Positions 25,801 to 40,800 of a stretch of DNA of 64,000 bases are shown here, one piece after another (within the stretch, counting starts at the first letter, position 1; the number at the start of each line of letters is the position of its first letter). Source of the stretch: Tubiluchus corallicola. Taxonomy: Eukaryota; Animalia; Priapulida. Under the pieces are notes generated by a model that did not search any database, was not told the DNA's origin, and worked only from the letters and a program-made list of their open reading frames with translations. The position numbers and the translations under genes are program-made. The stretch spans positions 124,001 through 188,000 of the forward strand of contig JAQGDQ010000357.1 of assembly GCA_030141605.1 (NCBI GenBank), in the 5' to 3' direction.

Positions 25801-28800
25801 TGACTGAAAAGCTGGTGGAAGTAGTGAATTATGATAGTGATACATGAAATGAAGACAATACATGTCATATATTTCTTTCACTTTAAGAGTTTTAACAGAC
25901 AAATAAATTATATTTGTGGGATGGTCATACCTTACATGATATATTAGTTTGAGAATTTTGTTCTGGGTAATTTGTAAAGCTTCCAGATTACTTTTATAAA
26001 CACCACCCCAAGACATGACGCCATATATTAGATATGGGTAGACTAAACTGTAATAGATTTTCATCAATGTTTCTCTATTAACAAACTTGCGTAATTTATA
26101 GATGATTCCCAAGGTTTTACTCAATTTATGCTTTATTATATTTATTTGGTACTTCCAGTCTAGGTGCTCATCAAGAAATATTCCCAAATATTTAACATGT
26201 GACTTTTTTTCAACAATAACATTACTAAGAACTATGGTTATATTTCTTGATGGTGTTCTCCTTTTCTTTTTTAGAAGCATGAAGTTAGATTTATTAATAT
26301 TCAATGAGAGCTTATTGACATTCAACCATTCTGTTACTTTATTTAACTGGGTATTCATAACACTCTCCAAGTTATCTATATTTGAATCACTTAAAAAAAT
26401 ATTTGAGTCATCTGCAAAAAGTCTGAAGATTAAATTTGAGCAACTTAGTGGCATATCATTTATATATAGAAGAAATAAAAGTGGTCCTAGAGTAGAACCT
26501 TGGGGAACACCATGCTTAATTGGAAGTGTATTGGATTTACATCCATTTAGTTCAGCATACTGGAGACGATCACAAAGATAACTTTTGAACCATGATTGAG
26601 CTGAGTGTCTTATACCATAATAATGCAATTTGTCTAGAAGAATACAATGATTTACCGTATCAAATGCCTTTGATAAATCTATAAACAGACCACAGACATA
26701 CTGATCATTATCAAGCGCCTCTGCAATTTTATTAGTTATTTCAATTAATGCTAATGCTGTTGAATGCGACTTTCGAAAACCGAATTGATAGTCATATAAA
26801 ACTTTGTTTTGTAAAAGAAAAGAGGACAGTTGATTAAATGCGATTTTTTCAAGTATTTTAGAAAAAACACTTAACAGTGAAATTGGTCGATAATTAGATA
26901 ACTTAGTTTTACTATTTGATTTATAAACAGGAATTACTTTAGTGAGTTTAAGCTGTTCAGGAAAAATACCAGTATTAAATGATTGATTAATTATAAAAGT
27001 TAATGGCTTGGAAATGACGGAACTAGCAATTTTAACAAAAAAATTACTGACACCATCTGCACCAGGGGCTTTGTTACCCTTAAGTCCTGTTAATAATGAA
27101 AGCACTTCTACTTCATTAGTAGGTTCAAATCTAAATTCATTAGCGAGATTACCAGTTAAATACGAAAGATGATGCTTATTGACATTTGGAATATTTTGTG
27201 CCAATGTTGATCCAACTTCAACAAAAAACTTATTAAATTTATCAGCCATTAACTGGGGTTGGGTTATTTGCTCATTATTAATAACTAATTTAGTAGGACA
27301 ATTCTTTTGGGATTTTAGTTTTACTAGTTCATTGACTATTTTCCACATTGATTTAATATCTTTATTAGCTGACTGAAATTTCTTAATATAATATAGTTCT
27401 TTGCTTTTATTTTTTAATTTATTCAGGATATTGGCATATGTTTTATATTTATTTTGCTTATTCACATCATTAGATTTAAATAATGTTACATACATTTTTT
27501 GTTTTTTCCTAACACTAACAAGTATTCCTCTAGTAATCCAAGGTTTTTCTAATAATTTGCATTCTTTTTTTGAAAGCATTCTTAATGGTGCATGTTTATC
27601 TATAGTAGAAATTAATGTATTTAAAAAATAATTATAATATTCTGTGGGACTATTACAAGTAAGATATTGTTCAAAATTTAAGAAACTAGTTTCTAAGTCA
27701 TCTATAAACTTTTGTTTATTAAAATTTTTGAAATTACGTTTATGAGTTTTGTAATTTTTATCTCTAGTTACGCTAATATTTTTTACTGTTGCAAAAATTG
27801 GCAAATGATCACTAATATTATAAAGGCATATACCAGAATTAATTTCAGTGTTTATGCAATTACTATAGATGTGATCAATTAAAGTTTTTGATTTGACTCT
27901 GGTTGGTCTTGTAATTAAAGGGTAACAAAACTGCGAAAATAACATATCAATATATTGAGCTGTAAAATTATGACTATCACATTTCAGCAGATCAATGTTG
28001 AGATCACCCATAATATATAATTTTTTGTGTTCCGCATTTACAATTTTTATTGTGCTTTCAAGTTCAGATTTGAAATGCTTTAAGGAATCCAAAGTACCGC
28101 CTGGATGTCGGTAAATTAGCCCAACTACCACTCCAGCATGTTGTTTTGCGTCCAATTCTATCCACAAATTTTCACAGTTATTAACATTAAGCTTAAGATC
28201 TGATCTATCAAAGTACGTCAATGAAGAATGGATATATAAACCCACACCACCGATATGTGTTTTCAAACTGGAGTCATGTCTTAGGAGTTCAAAATAACCT
28301 GGAAGGTCATAATTTGATACAGAAACGTTGCTCAGTCGTGTCTCAGAAATGCCTAATATTTTAATAGGGTTTCTTAAAGGAGAAAGTAATTCGTGAATAA
28401 GTTCAATTTTTTCTTCATTTAAACTGACAACGTTCATGTGCATCATAGTTAAATCGGATGAGTTACTATCAATGCATAAATGAAACTCATCAGGAGAAAA
28501 ATATTGTGAGGTAATAGACGGTATTATAGTGTCGGGATCATGCTGATCGTAGTTATTTAAGGTAAAACATTGACTATTTAAAATATCTGGTAGATCGCTA
28601 AAATCTTCAAATTTAGTATGATATAATAATTTACGTAAATCAGAGTCATCTAATTTAGAGAAAGGAAAGACATTGTCATAACACACCAGGCACATGAATG
28701 GATCATTATTACTCATATAGGTTGGTATAGATACACATCTGCGATGGTAATATGAATTGCAATAAGAACATTGGATAATAATTCCGTAATTAGTAATCAA

Positions 28801-31800
28801 CTTGTAACATAAACCACAGCAATTAGACTCATCCGTGTTAGTAACATCTTCAACAAACAAACTTTGAAGAATCTCAAAAACTAAATTCAAACTGAAGTAG
28901 CTACTGCTTAACGAGAAATTTGATTTGTTGTTTTTGAATATATGCAATTACAACACTAATATCTCACCGTGGAATACATTAAAAACAATGTAAATATTAA
29001 AGCATAAATTAATGAATAAAGGGTTTAGATTTTCAATCTAGTGAATATACATAAGCTTGCAAAGAGGAAAAAAATAAATTAACAATTTTAGTCTTAACTC
29101 CTGACTTATTTTAACTTTGTAAATTGTGCAAATTGAAAAACAAAATTTAGTAACACAGACGTATCTACAATACAGCTTAGTTTAACTGATTACAAGCCTG
29201 CAAGAGTACACTACTAGTACACACACTGTAAGGGACTAAACTTATTGTACAGCACATAAACATCCAACATGGTGAATTTAAGCTTCAAACATAACACAGT
29301 CTTTACTATAATTTCACTCCAGCATTTGCCGCAAGTGGACGCTATATAATTTATGCACTATATATAATGTTAATTTATATATAGTGCTAATGTTAATTTT
29401 TAACTAAAAAAACAAACAAAAAACTTATCTTTGGAATTAATAGTATGGAGTATTATGTGCAGTAACTGTACAATGCTCTCATCATGATCTTGAATGATTT
29501 GCATTTAATCTAGCTAGACCGGATTTGAGAGGGCAAAAGAGAATAATTATTGGTGAAGTCTACGTGCTAACTACTGTACACAAGAACAAAAATTTCACGA
29601 ACTACGTGTGCAGTAGGTGACCTTCACAAAATCTGGCGAAGCCTACATGCATATTACGATACACTACAGCAAAAATTTCACGAAATACATTAGCAGTAGG
29701 TAACTTTTAGGCCTTCATATCTCTTAATATTTAAACTGAACTAAAGCATTAACATTGTAATGATTACAAAAACTTTAGACATCCCAGAGTCATTACATTG
29801 CGAATTAACTAAACTTAGTTAAGACTAAAACGTTTTCTTCAAGTCTTGTAGGCAATTTTGTGAAGTATTATACTGTATACAGTATATTATAAAATAAAAA
29901 ACAGAAAAATTTAACAAAAACAAAAAAATAATGTGCAATCATTTTGCAATTAATATCTCAAAAGGTACATAATGTTGAGTTATATGTATTAAGGGTCACA
30001 AACAAATTAATGACATAGTCAGCTGTCATTCTGATACTCCTCAACTAGAAATTTGACGTTTACAAAAAAAGTAAAATACAAAACAAAAAACAGGTGATAT
30101 CATTCCTGCATAGTTATTCGCAAATTAAATTAAGTTGGTGAAACAACTTTATCGTGTAAAAGCCTACTACAACCTGTAGCCTGTAGGCCAGCGATATTAT
30201 TGTAATTATAGGCATACTCATACTAATGATTCAACAGCTGTCTTTTCAAGGAATATGTAGTGAAACCTCATTTTAGTGTTTAATTTTTTTTAGAAAGAAA
30301 AAGCTCTAAAAAACGCACTGATTCCAAAGATAAAGTAATTACTTATACAACACTGACTTCATAAGGATATATACTAGCCAGTCAAGTTATTGTTGTTACC
30401 AGTCACTTAAAACGAATAGGAGACTTACGTCATCTTTGAAGATCAAACTGTCATTTTAGAGGATAATCTAGTTTGACGCCTCGTTGTAGAGTTAGGAAGT
30501 GACGTAACTTTTCTAGGCATACCTTGCACATCCTCTCTTCCTACTACATTGTTCTCAGCTCGATCCATATGCCTTGTATCGCCGTAGTTACAGAGATCAC
30601 TAACGTCCTTGATCTGATGTCTTGCGCCATGTCTATCTTTTACGAAGATCTTGCCATCGATTGTCCACGTGGATGTAATCTTTTTGGATTGAGCAAGCGA
30701 AATGCATTTTTTGACTATGTTCAGATTCCTGGCCGTCAAATCTTCTCTCACAACAAACGGTGGTGCCGGCATTTTATTCTGTCTGTTGTTCTTCACGAGC
30801 AGTCGACTTGCAGTCATTACTTCCCGTTTAACTCTATTCGTCGTAAATTTACATATTACTGCTCTTGGTCTTGGGTTGTCAGTATTAACACGATTAGCTG
30901 AGGCAACTGCCCCCGCCAAGCTGTCCATTACTGGTGCTGAGCCCAGCACTTAGTAAATGCATCGTGCTTTATTAAATGCTGGATATCTTGCTATTTGCAT
31001 GGCACTGCAGTGACATAATACAGAAATTTTATTAAGTAAAGAGAACACAGTCACTAGGCAAATTACTGCTGGAGCTGTTGCATGTAAACTCAGCATTTTT
31101 TCTTGTTAATATCAGTGTATAATTCTGCAAATAAATCAAAAACGACAGAACACCCTTGAATATTATAATACCATAACAAGCATGGTATTGGGTCCAAAAA
31201 TGTGAAACACAACTCTCAACAACTTTTCTGTCTACTGTGTGTTATACATATATATTGAAATTTAATAGCGTGATAAAGATGCCAAATTTTACTTTTCAAA
31301 AAAACAGGCTAAGAAAAATTCCAATTTCCAGGATGCACAACTGAGCAACAAGACTTCAATGAACACGACACTAACCTCATCAATGATGATGCAAGTAAAT
31401 TTCTGGTTCTCATTTCTGTGTTTGCTTAGCATCGGTGCAAAAACGGTATTACCACACTTGTTCAGGGTGCAACAGATAACTTCCGCCTTCTCCAGAACCT
31501 CTTGCTGCAGTCGATTGTCTTCCTTTTTCGATGATAGCAGATCCTAAGGAAAAAATTTTAAGTATGATGTCTAACTGGATGTAATCAAAGGCAGTGAAGG
31601 AATCTTATTAAGATTAGTATAAGATTTTAAGCACTCAGACAGTAGGGCATAACTACATGAGACATAACTAGTTAACAAACTAATCAACCAGGGCTAAGCA
31701 CTACATAAAGTAATTGTCGTCTATATCACAGCCCCCACCGCAACGTAAGCATGCTCAGCAGCATTCGGGACAACAGCTCACGCAGGACAACAACTGTCTA

Positions 31801-34800
31801 AGCTAAGCTAAACTAAACTAAACTAAACTAAACTAAACTAAACTAAACTAAACTAAACTAAACTAAACTAAACTAAACTAAACTAAACTAAACTAAACTA
31901 AACTAAACTAAACTAAACTAAACTAAACTAAACTAAACTAAACTAAACTAAACTAAACTAAACTAAACTAAACTAAACTAAACTAAACTAAACTAAACTA
32001 AAACTAAAAACTAAACTAAACTAAACTAAACTAAACTAAACTAAACTAAACAACATGACAGTCACAACTAATATCTAATCAGCAGATAAACTGATTGCTC
32101 TTTTTAATAAACACAAATTTGCAGAGCAGAAGCTATTTTAACACGAAATTAACACTTCAGTTAGCCAAAAATGACTTTTTAATTTAAACAGAATCTAGAA
32201 ACGAAGTTTCAAAGCATAACAAAATACAGAGACATAAATATAATAAACAAATTAAGCCAGTTAACCTTGCTTTAAAATAAATGAGCAACAAAAAAATTAA
32301 GTCTTTAAACATACGAACATCAAGCCTGCCATGCTTTTTTCTATATTAATTGATCATGTGCTCATCTGCAAGATTTATTAAGTTTTTGTATTTTTTCATT
32401 TGTCAGGCTACGGAAATGGGATAAATTTGATCGTCCCGTTCCATAGACGACCCTTATATTGAATGCCCATTGAGTTACATAAGTTCCCAATGGCAACTTT
32501 TAACCATGATTATAACCAGAAAAATTAAAATTAACTAATATTACACTGATGTACACTATAAGTTTTGACCACATTTGAATTAATTTTGACTGTGAAGATC
32601 TCATTGAGGTTTATAAAAACTGGCCAGAAAAGAAAACATTTTGTTTTGTCCTTATTTAAAGTTAATCAAATAGTTGTTTCTATCTAACTTGCAAAGCCGT
32701 AAACTAAACTAAACTGTGTATTTTCTTGATTGCACAATGGTTTAACCAGCAACTCAAGACGCAAGTTTGTAAATTTTCGAAACATTTCTGCATTTCTGCG
32801 TATAAAACGAAACTAGACTATTATTTCTACTAATTCACTTGAATTTCAGTTGACAATAATAAAATCTAGAGCCAAGCCAATATTTCTCCTGCTAACTAAA
32901 GAAAAGTTGAGCATTTTTCAATAACAGTGTTAGACGGAGCTGTGGCTAAATGTCCCGAACGTACCTGCTACAGGAGAGTGCGAAATAACTTGCACGCTGG
33001 TTGGGCAGTCAACGAAAATGATTGACATTATATTAGACGTCAATTATACTAGGATCATGTGACTGACTTTTTTATTCTCTCTAATTTCAATATTTATAGT
33101 AAAATCAAATTTCTAACTAAAGGATAAGAAAATATTTACATAAAAATAATAACGAACAACATTTTTATGTTAGATTATCATAAGCTAGGTTAATAGATTA
33201 GAAAGTGAAAACAGTAGCACATTTACATAGGTGGTCTCCCACAAAGTGCACACATGAGGGCTTCAAATTCTAAATATCAATTGACAAACGTTTTCAAGAC
33301 ACACATACAGTTATTTTAACAAGAAGTTAATAAACTTACAATGTAATAATCTATAACGTGAAGAATCGTATGCATGGCAATGGCTATCAAGTACAACAAT
33401 CAATATTTTTCAATGCTCATGGTTTTCCTAGTCCAGGTTTTGACACTTCTTGGTTAAATGATAGCAAACATAATATATGGCCCAATTGGGGCATTTATTT
33501 AAAAAAAAACATCCACTCATCTTCCCGGAACGTTTCGACATATATCAGTGATCATATAAAATACAATATTAAAATAGTATGATATAGTATGACCACTGGT
33601 ATAGGATGAAACTTTCTGGCAAATTGTACAGGTGTTTTTAAAAAGTTACTCATGTTTAAATGCCTGATATTATCAAAGAATTTTTACTAATTTTATGTTA
33701 CACATATAACAGTAGTATCATAACGAATACAGAGACAAACGGGCTCAAAAACACACAGAAGACTTCCAAACAACTCAGCAAACAGAAAAAAGGTTAGCTT
33801 ATCAGTTAGAATAAATTCATTATTGGTCACAAGAGTTTCTGAAACATGTAGAAATGCAGAGGAACAATGAAAAAATTAACCAGAAAATAAAGCAAGAGCC
33901 AGGAAAAGGTTGTAGAAAGAACCAAAATAAGCATGCACTTCAGTACAGACAAATAAATAGCACATTGCTTCCCAAATCTTTATTTATAGAAATTTGGTAT
34001 CTTGTTCCTACCTTTTTGCTCCTTTTGAGACTAACCAGCTGGATATTTAAACGATTTACTTCCTTTGCATTGCTGTAATTGCCTGACAGAACATTTTTCT
34101 TGCGTAGAATTTTTATTTGGTTCTTAATTGCTTCTATATCTTTGTCGATACTTGCCACGCGACCAGACAACTCTGAAATGATGAGTTTAATTATAGTATT
34201 ACTAATAATTATTGTTAAATTCAAACAATTTACAAAACCACTTAAAGCATAAAAAACACTCTTCGCAAATAAAACTTAAAAGATTTGTCTTGAAATTTTA
34301 TATCACTTACAAGCTGCCTTATTGCACACAGGGCTTGTAGTAATGCTGTAAAAAACTTGCAAATTGATGACTGTTGGGAACAGCCATTTCTATGGTAGGT
34401 CATTTGAAACAAGTTTAGGTAACGCTGTATGAAGTTCGAAAAAATAATCAGGGCATTCAAAGCACACTCTTCACTAACTAAACAAAAGTTTAAATGACTT
34501 TATTTTGTCAATAAGAACAATAATGTGTTTTTGGTGAATCAGCGGTGCACACTAGTATACAGTGTCGTTTTACCAGGTGGTGTGAATATTTTAAATTATT
34601 AAGAATTTTCTTTTTTCCAATCACATAAGCATTTTAAACAGGTAAGTAATACAACTTTGTACGAAGAGATCTCTGGGAAAATTCCCTTTAAACATAATTT
34701 TTTAGTACAGATTTTTGTACTATATCACACTGATGAAATTTACACAGTGGAACATATAAACAAAATAGGTGGATGGTCCATCCCTATGCATGCTTATTGA

Positions 34801-37800
34801 CAAAAGTTAAGCAATGTTGGACCGATTATCAAATAAATGGGCAACAATCAGGAAAATCGCTTTTATCCCCGATACCGCCTCCATCTCTTTGTCTCTGTCA
34901 GACCATACCTCAACTAGACGATTGTCCTTGATAATGAGAGGGTCTGTTTCATCCGTTGAAGTAAAAAATATGTCTGCTTTAGCATTCAGCCTTAATAGTG
35001 AAAAAACTTCTACTGTGTATAATATAAACGAGACTGACTAAACTGGATCTTCTGCATTAGAAATAATAAGAAATCATTCATTATATTGTCAAACAAATGC
35101 GAGAATTGGTTCCTCGTGCAAAGATATGCTTAACATTCTTACTCTCTTTTTTCAGATTCTTGACATGCTTGTCAAGCAGCGTGTCTACCACTTCATCTGA
35201 AACAACTTCATTCTTGGCAACTCTGACCAGTGTCAGCTTCTCTTTGACAGCTAAAGACTTCTGATGTGACACGAAACGCATTGTTAGCTCATTAATCGCA
35301 GCGTTAGATGGTGCACACAAGAGTATCTTGGGTTTCTTTCTCACACTACGGTACGAGGCCTACAAAAAATCAGAATGGCATAATGATGGTAGTCTAAGAA
35401 CATGCAGAATGAGGACAATGAGTACAATGATGACAGTTGAAGACATTACTTTTGTTGAAGATTGTTAATATTGCTTTTGTTGAAGATTTTTAATACTGTT
35501 TTCGCTACTTTTGTTGAAAACTGTTAATATTACTTTTGTTGCGTAAATTTTATTAAAGTGGTTATCCCAAGAAAGTTTGTTATCTACACAGATACCAAGA
35601 AAACTTACATCGTTTTTCTGTTTTATTATGCTATTTTCAACTTTTATTGATGCATTACTTATATTGTCATTTGAGAATGGGGAAAGGACCATGAAATCTG
35701 TTTGGTGCTATTTAATTTGAGTTTTAAATGGGTAAATGCTATGTTAATGTTTGCGATGTTCTGTTCTAAAAGTCGTTGAGCTGTTGCTAGATTTTCGTGG
35801 CCTAAATATATAGTTGTGTCGTCAGCATACTGTGTTATATTACAATGTGTTAGTGTTTTAGATATATTGTTAATATAAAGACAGAAAAGTAAGGGACCCA
35901 AAAGTATGCCTTGTGGTATGCCCTGCTGTAATGTTAGCCATTCTGAGACGGTATTTGTAGATAATTTAACTCTTTGTTTTCTGTTTGTCAAGTAACTGTT
36001 AATGAGCTTTAATGAAGTTGTATTAAATCCTAATGATTTTAAATTGTCTTTCAAAAGATTGGGGTCTAGGCTATCAAAGGCTTTACTTAAGTCTAAAAAT
36101 GCGGTTACAACATATTTATTTTCATTTAAGTTTGATCTCCAGTTTTCAGTTGCATGTATGATGGCATCAGTAGTAGAGTGTTTTCGTCTAAAACCAAATT
36201 GATGTTTACTAAGTATATTGTTAACGTTATATGAATTCATTTGTTCATATAGTACTTATAGTTAACGGATATAGGCCGGTAATTAACAGGGTTAGTTGAT
36301 GAGTCTTTTTTGTGGACTGGTGTTACATTGGCTAGCTTAGAAACAAACCACTAATTTCTTTATTTCTGCAGATGCATTGCAAACATGACACATTAAGTTG
36401 CATGATACAAATAAACAAAAGCAACAACAAAAACACTGACGATATATAGAGTAAACATCTTACCTCTGCAAAAATATTATGAATAAGACCAATGATAGCT
36501 CTTGTCTTCCCTGTTCCGGGCGGTCCTTGCACCATGCAGATCTTAGGTATCTGCTCTGGTTCCAACACCGCATCTGTGATCCCTGTGATCATCTCCATTT
36601 GTGACTGATTGAATTTAGCCCTCCTCTAAAAATATAAAGCAAGTAAAATTGTCATAAAACCAAGTAAAAAAAACCACAATCTTACTTGTTTACAGTAAGC
36701 ACAAAATAAAAATGCAAATTATACAAACACCAACTACAGTCATCTATGAAGCAGGACATAAAACGATTTTTGCAGGGAAGCATTAAGCCTTTAATATAGC
36801 TAATGTCAGCATTTAATGCAAATACAAAACTAATGTTTCTTTTCAAAGTGGCTTACTTTTTTAGCTAATTTGTCTAAATACGATTGACGCAGAGCAAGGG
36901 AAAATGTTTGCTGTATCACACAAAGTGAATTTTTAAATTGGCAAAAAAAGACCCTAGGGAAGCTGCCTTGTTATACCCCACACAATTAGTCTGTAAGTCA
37001 GCAACTCTGACATAAAAATGACAATACAGTTGCAAGAGTCGCACCTCTATAAGAAATTGAAAAAAGGAAAGACAGGAGATAGATAAAAAAAGAAAAAAAG
37101 GACTAAAAGACACAGAGAAGCTACGTCGATGCGAAACTGAGGCTGCGCTGACGCCGACGACGCAGTAAAGATGAGTACAATGAAGAGCCGCGTCATCTGC
37201 GTTGACATTTTCAAATTTAACAAGTCAAAGAACAACAAAATATTTTGAAACGCTTTTACTTAGATTTGGATAAAATTTTAAAAACTGAACAAGAAATAAT
37301 TTGCCACACTTTAATGATAGCAAATTGAATAACTAGGAAAATCGATATTTCTAATCGATTAACTATTGATTACTTGTGTGGGTCACTTGTTTGCCAACAT
37401 ATTGAAAGCAACTGTGGAATGGATCTTATGACAAGGTGGGCTGTAGATCAAAGAACAGTTAATTGAACTTGCTGATGATCCATTGGGGAATAAGAAAAAT
37501 CAAAATCCAATTTACTGCTTGAGTATGGCTTCTATGAAAAATTTTACGTGATATAATAATCACGTCTTGCTGAAATATCACTTCTGTTTAGAACATTCAC
37601 AAAACAGAGCAAAAAGTTCAATGCAAACTTTCCATTTTTTCTGAAACCAAACTGTAAACCAAAACTCGTAAACACCGAAATGAGTTGTTCGTGATTCTGC
37701 TTTTTGTTGTTTCATTGTTCATGAAACTGACATGATTGACTCTTTTAAACTGATTTATAAAGCATGCGGCTGTTATGTGGCATTTAAAACGCCTTTGCAT

Positions 37801-40800
37801 AAAAAACATGTACAATATTCCATGTTCTAAAAGCACGACAGATAAACAAGCACAACTGATTTACACCGACAACAGGAGTAACTTACTAGTGGTGATCTTG
37901 GACTAATCGTTCGCTTCACTGTAAATGTACTCAATCTAGGTTTGAGAATGTCCCTGCATAGCGGGCTTTTATTTAGCACCAACAAAGCATCAAGTTGTCT
38001 AACACTTGCTGACAAATTGTCGCATTTCTAAAGAAAAATATTAAACGCAAATGACTTTAAATAGTAAGCCAATTTCAATACAGAATCTTATGCAAAACTT
38101 TCATTAAGGACTATCATTAAAACATACCGTTTAGAATTTAAAGACTACAATCAAGTTTTTTCATAAGACTTCAAAATCCTATTACAGCAAAAACACTGTT
38201 TAATAAATTGTTGTGATATAAAGTTTCGATACAAAAGAACTGCGAAGTTTGACAGACATCAGCTTTTTAGCAAATGTATGTCTTGTTACTGATTATTCGT
38301 GCCTCCGATGCTAGACTTTTCTCCTTGATTTATATAATCAATCAAAACTTTTGAATAGAAAATCAATACATACGATGCATCGATTCAATTCCTCATAACT
38401 TTATTTGTGTAACTAATTATTTCATTCATTTATTTAAAAAAATATTCACAATTTTTGATGTTTCTAAAGTTCATTTTATAGTCTTACGTCTTGGAACAAC
38501 CTGTGTAACACCACATTTATGGCGGTATAATAAATTCTAATCAAGAAATTCTATGACCACAAAGGTTATTATTTATCATCAGTCTATTTCTATGTAAGGT
38601 TTTCAGACTGTTGCAGGTGAAAAGTGTGATAATAAGCACATTTTGGCAGGTAAACAACTGTTGCTTGTCAGACTTCAACAAAAGACTAATTTGGGCTAAG
38701 TTTACAATTCCCACACACAAGAAGCAGATTAGGGTTAGGGCTAGGGTTGGGTTAGGTGTGAGTTAGGGCTAGGGTTGGATTAGTGTTAGGGTATTTAAAT
38801 TGTGTCGGGAATTGTAAGCTCCTTCCCAAATTGTATGTTACTACAATTTTTGAGACATCGTCTCATTATTATGTCCGGACTTTAATCAATAATGACCTAG
38901 TAATTTTACATTTAGAAAGAAAACAACAATTTTCCACAATATTGTGAAACAGTTGATAAAAATATCAAGGGCAATCGAAACTGTAAATTTCTAATAAAGG
39001 TATTCACTAAGCAGGAATTTTCCCGGGAAGTGTGTTGGACTGGAAAATAACACGTCATAACCTTTCCAGTAGTTTGAAAGCACTGACTAAGTAAAAATTG
39101 CTCAGGAAATGTGTTGAGTTCCGGAGCAAGACGTCTTTACCTTTTCCAGTCCCCTAACACTTGCACACAACGACTAAATTTCTTACCGTTAAACAGATTA
39201 AGCTGCCATCATGCAAAAGAATCTTCTGAAGGTCCGGCCGAAGCTTTAGTGAAATCTCGTACTTAGTGTCCAGCTCTGGTCTCTTGTCTTCTGGATCTAG
39301 AAAAGAAAAGAGAATATTACTAATTATTACAATTCTCCACACAATTTAAATGCACTAAACCCAATCTGCTTCACAAACTAATTTCTTGTGTGCTTTAGCC
39401 GCATCTTTCCATCTAAACTAACTAAACTCGGTATCTCATACAACAGAAAAATAAGAGCTTTGCAAAGCATTGGAAAACAAGCACTTTTTCTAAAGTTAAC
39501 CTCATCACTAATGTGATGAGTACGCAACTCAAGTGTATTGCATCCAAAACTAAGTAATAATTTGAAACAAAAATGCGATAAAGCACAAAAACAGTGATTT
39601 AGGTTTAGAATTAAAAAAAGCACTTTATGCCATATATTAATAATTACACTAAAATCTAGACTGCTGCTGCTGCTGCCAGAGGGCACTGTTCAGTGGTAGG
39701 GAATTAAACTCATAGACAAGCAATAACCCCACCTCGAGGCAAAACGGACTAATGCAAGAATTTTACTGACTCTGCAGTTCAACCGATTACTCTTTCAACC
39801 ACCTCCTTGCTAGTATGCTTTTGAGTCCCTGACCAATCGAAACACTTCTGTATTTTATAAAACATAATTATTTTTTCTTAGTTAACAGCTTAACACCGAG
39901 CAGATTCATTTGATTACAAATTTTCAAGCTAATCAATAATATCTACAATACTTACATCTTGCTAGCAGCTCTGGATTAGATTCGGTAGAAATATTTGACC
40001 TTGTGATGTATCCAAAAACATTCTTCTTCACATTTTTGCCATGCATTCTAACGTAAAGGCCGGCGATGACTAAATCTCTCGTCAGTGGATATGAATAGGC
40101 AGTTTTGGCTTTTCCAGAAATAAGACCTGCATAAAAATTTAAAACAAATCGTATTTTGTTAAATGTTTACAGTCCTTCAATTTTTATGCTTTTTCTGTTC
40201 AGCACCAATTACAATCACAATCATATCAGACGAAAAACAAAATTTTCTCTGCAAAACTGAAGTGACTTCTGCATGTTTATCTATGCACAACAGTAATTTG
40301 AACCTGACAGAAACATAATAGCCTGATATTGTCCTTAGGTGCGGTATAATTTGAAATGTCACACGATACACATACTACAGTTCTGTTTTGTGATATAACT
40401 ACGATGCACAAGATGCCAATATTCAGCAATATCAGAATTTTTTACCAAGAATAACCAGTTTTACAATACTGCTTGTCAGCAAAAAAGTAATTTGATAAAA
40501 GCAAGCCTCTTTTTGCACAGAACTGACAATGGCTGCTAATAGGCAGATTATGCAGCAAACTGACTTCAAACAGCATAGCCGTGTAGCAGTAACTGTTATT
40601 GAGTCTAGGTCTTCTATAAACTGCTCAATAATGTCAACAGCATGAGCAGCAAGAGCTCCTAATCACTGTACAAAAAAATCTTCTTTTCAGCAAATTCATA
40701 GAGACTGTGGAAACGAAAATCTGAACACGTAACTTTAAAATAAGTACCACAAAAAATAAAACTAAAAAAAAATCACTAAATAAATGAAACATCTTGAAAG

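Larger units (their letters stand above)
25341..30949 (-). mobile_element. 5'-truncated CR1/L2-group (Crack/Daphne-like) LINE, about 5.6 kb
   Basis: ORF1 C-terminal fragment, 1.5-kb spacer and a long ORF2. The 3'UTR has a stem-loop (ggaggagga...tccttcctcc, 25437-25476), then AATAAATAAA and a (TTCAA)n tail ending near 25341. No TSD seen. Confidence 0.9.

Noticed and set aside
26102-27631. Plus-strand ORFs of 65-159 aa
   Set aside because: Antisense shadows of LINE ORF2. The same applies to the plus-strand ORFs over the 42.8-47.4 kb exons.
34810-35060. Open stretch on both strands as an extra helicase exon
   Set aside because: Its phases do not fit between 35143 (phase 1) and 34172. SFILYT..FSLL loosely resembles an eroded RT motif, but too weakly to call.
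38737-38791. Telomere or chromosome-fusion scar
   Set aside because: Short, degenerate and enclosed by inverted termini, which fits a MITE interior.
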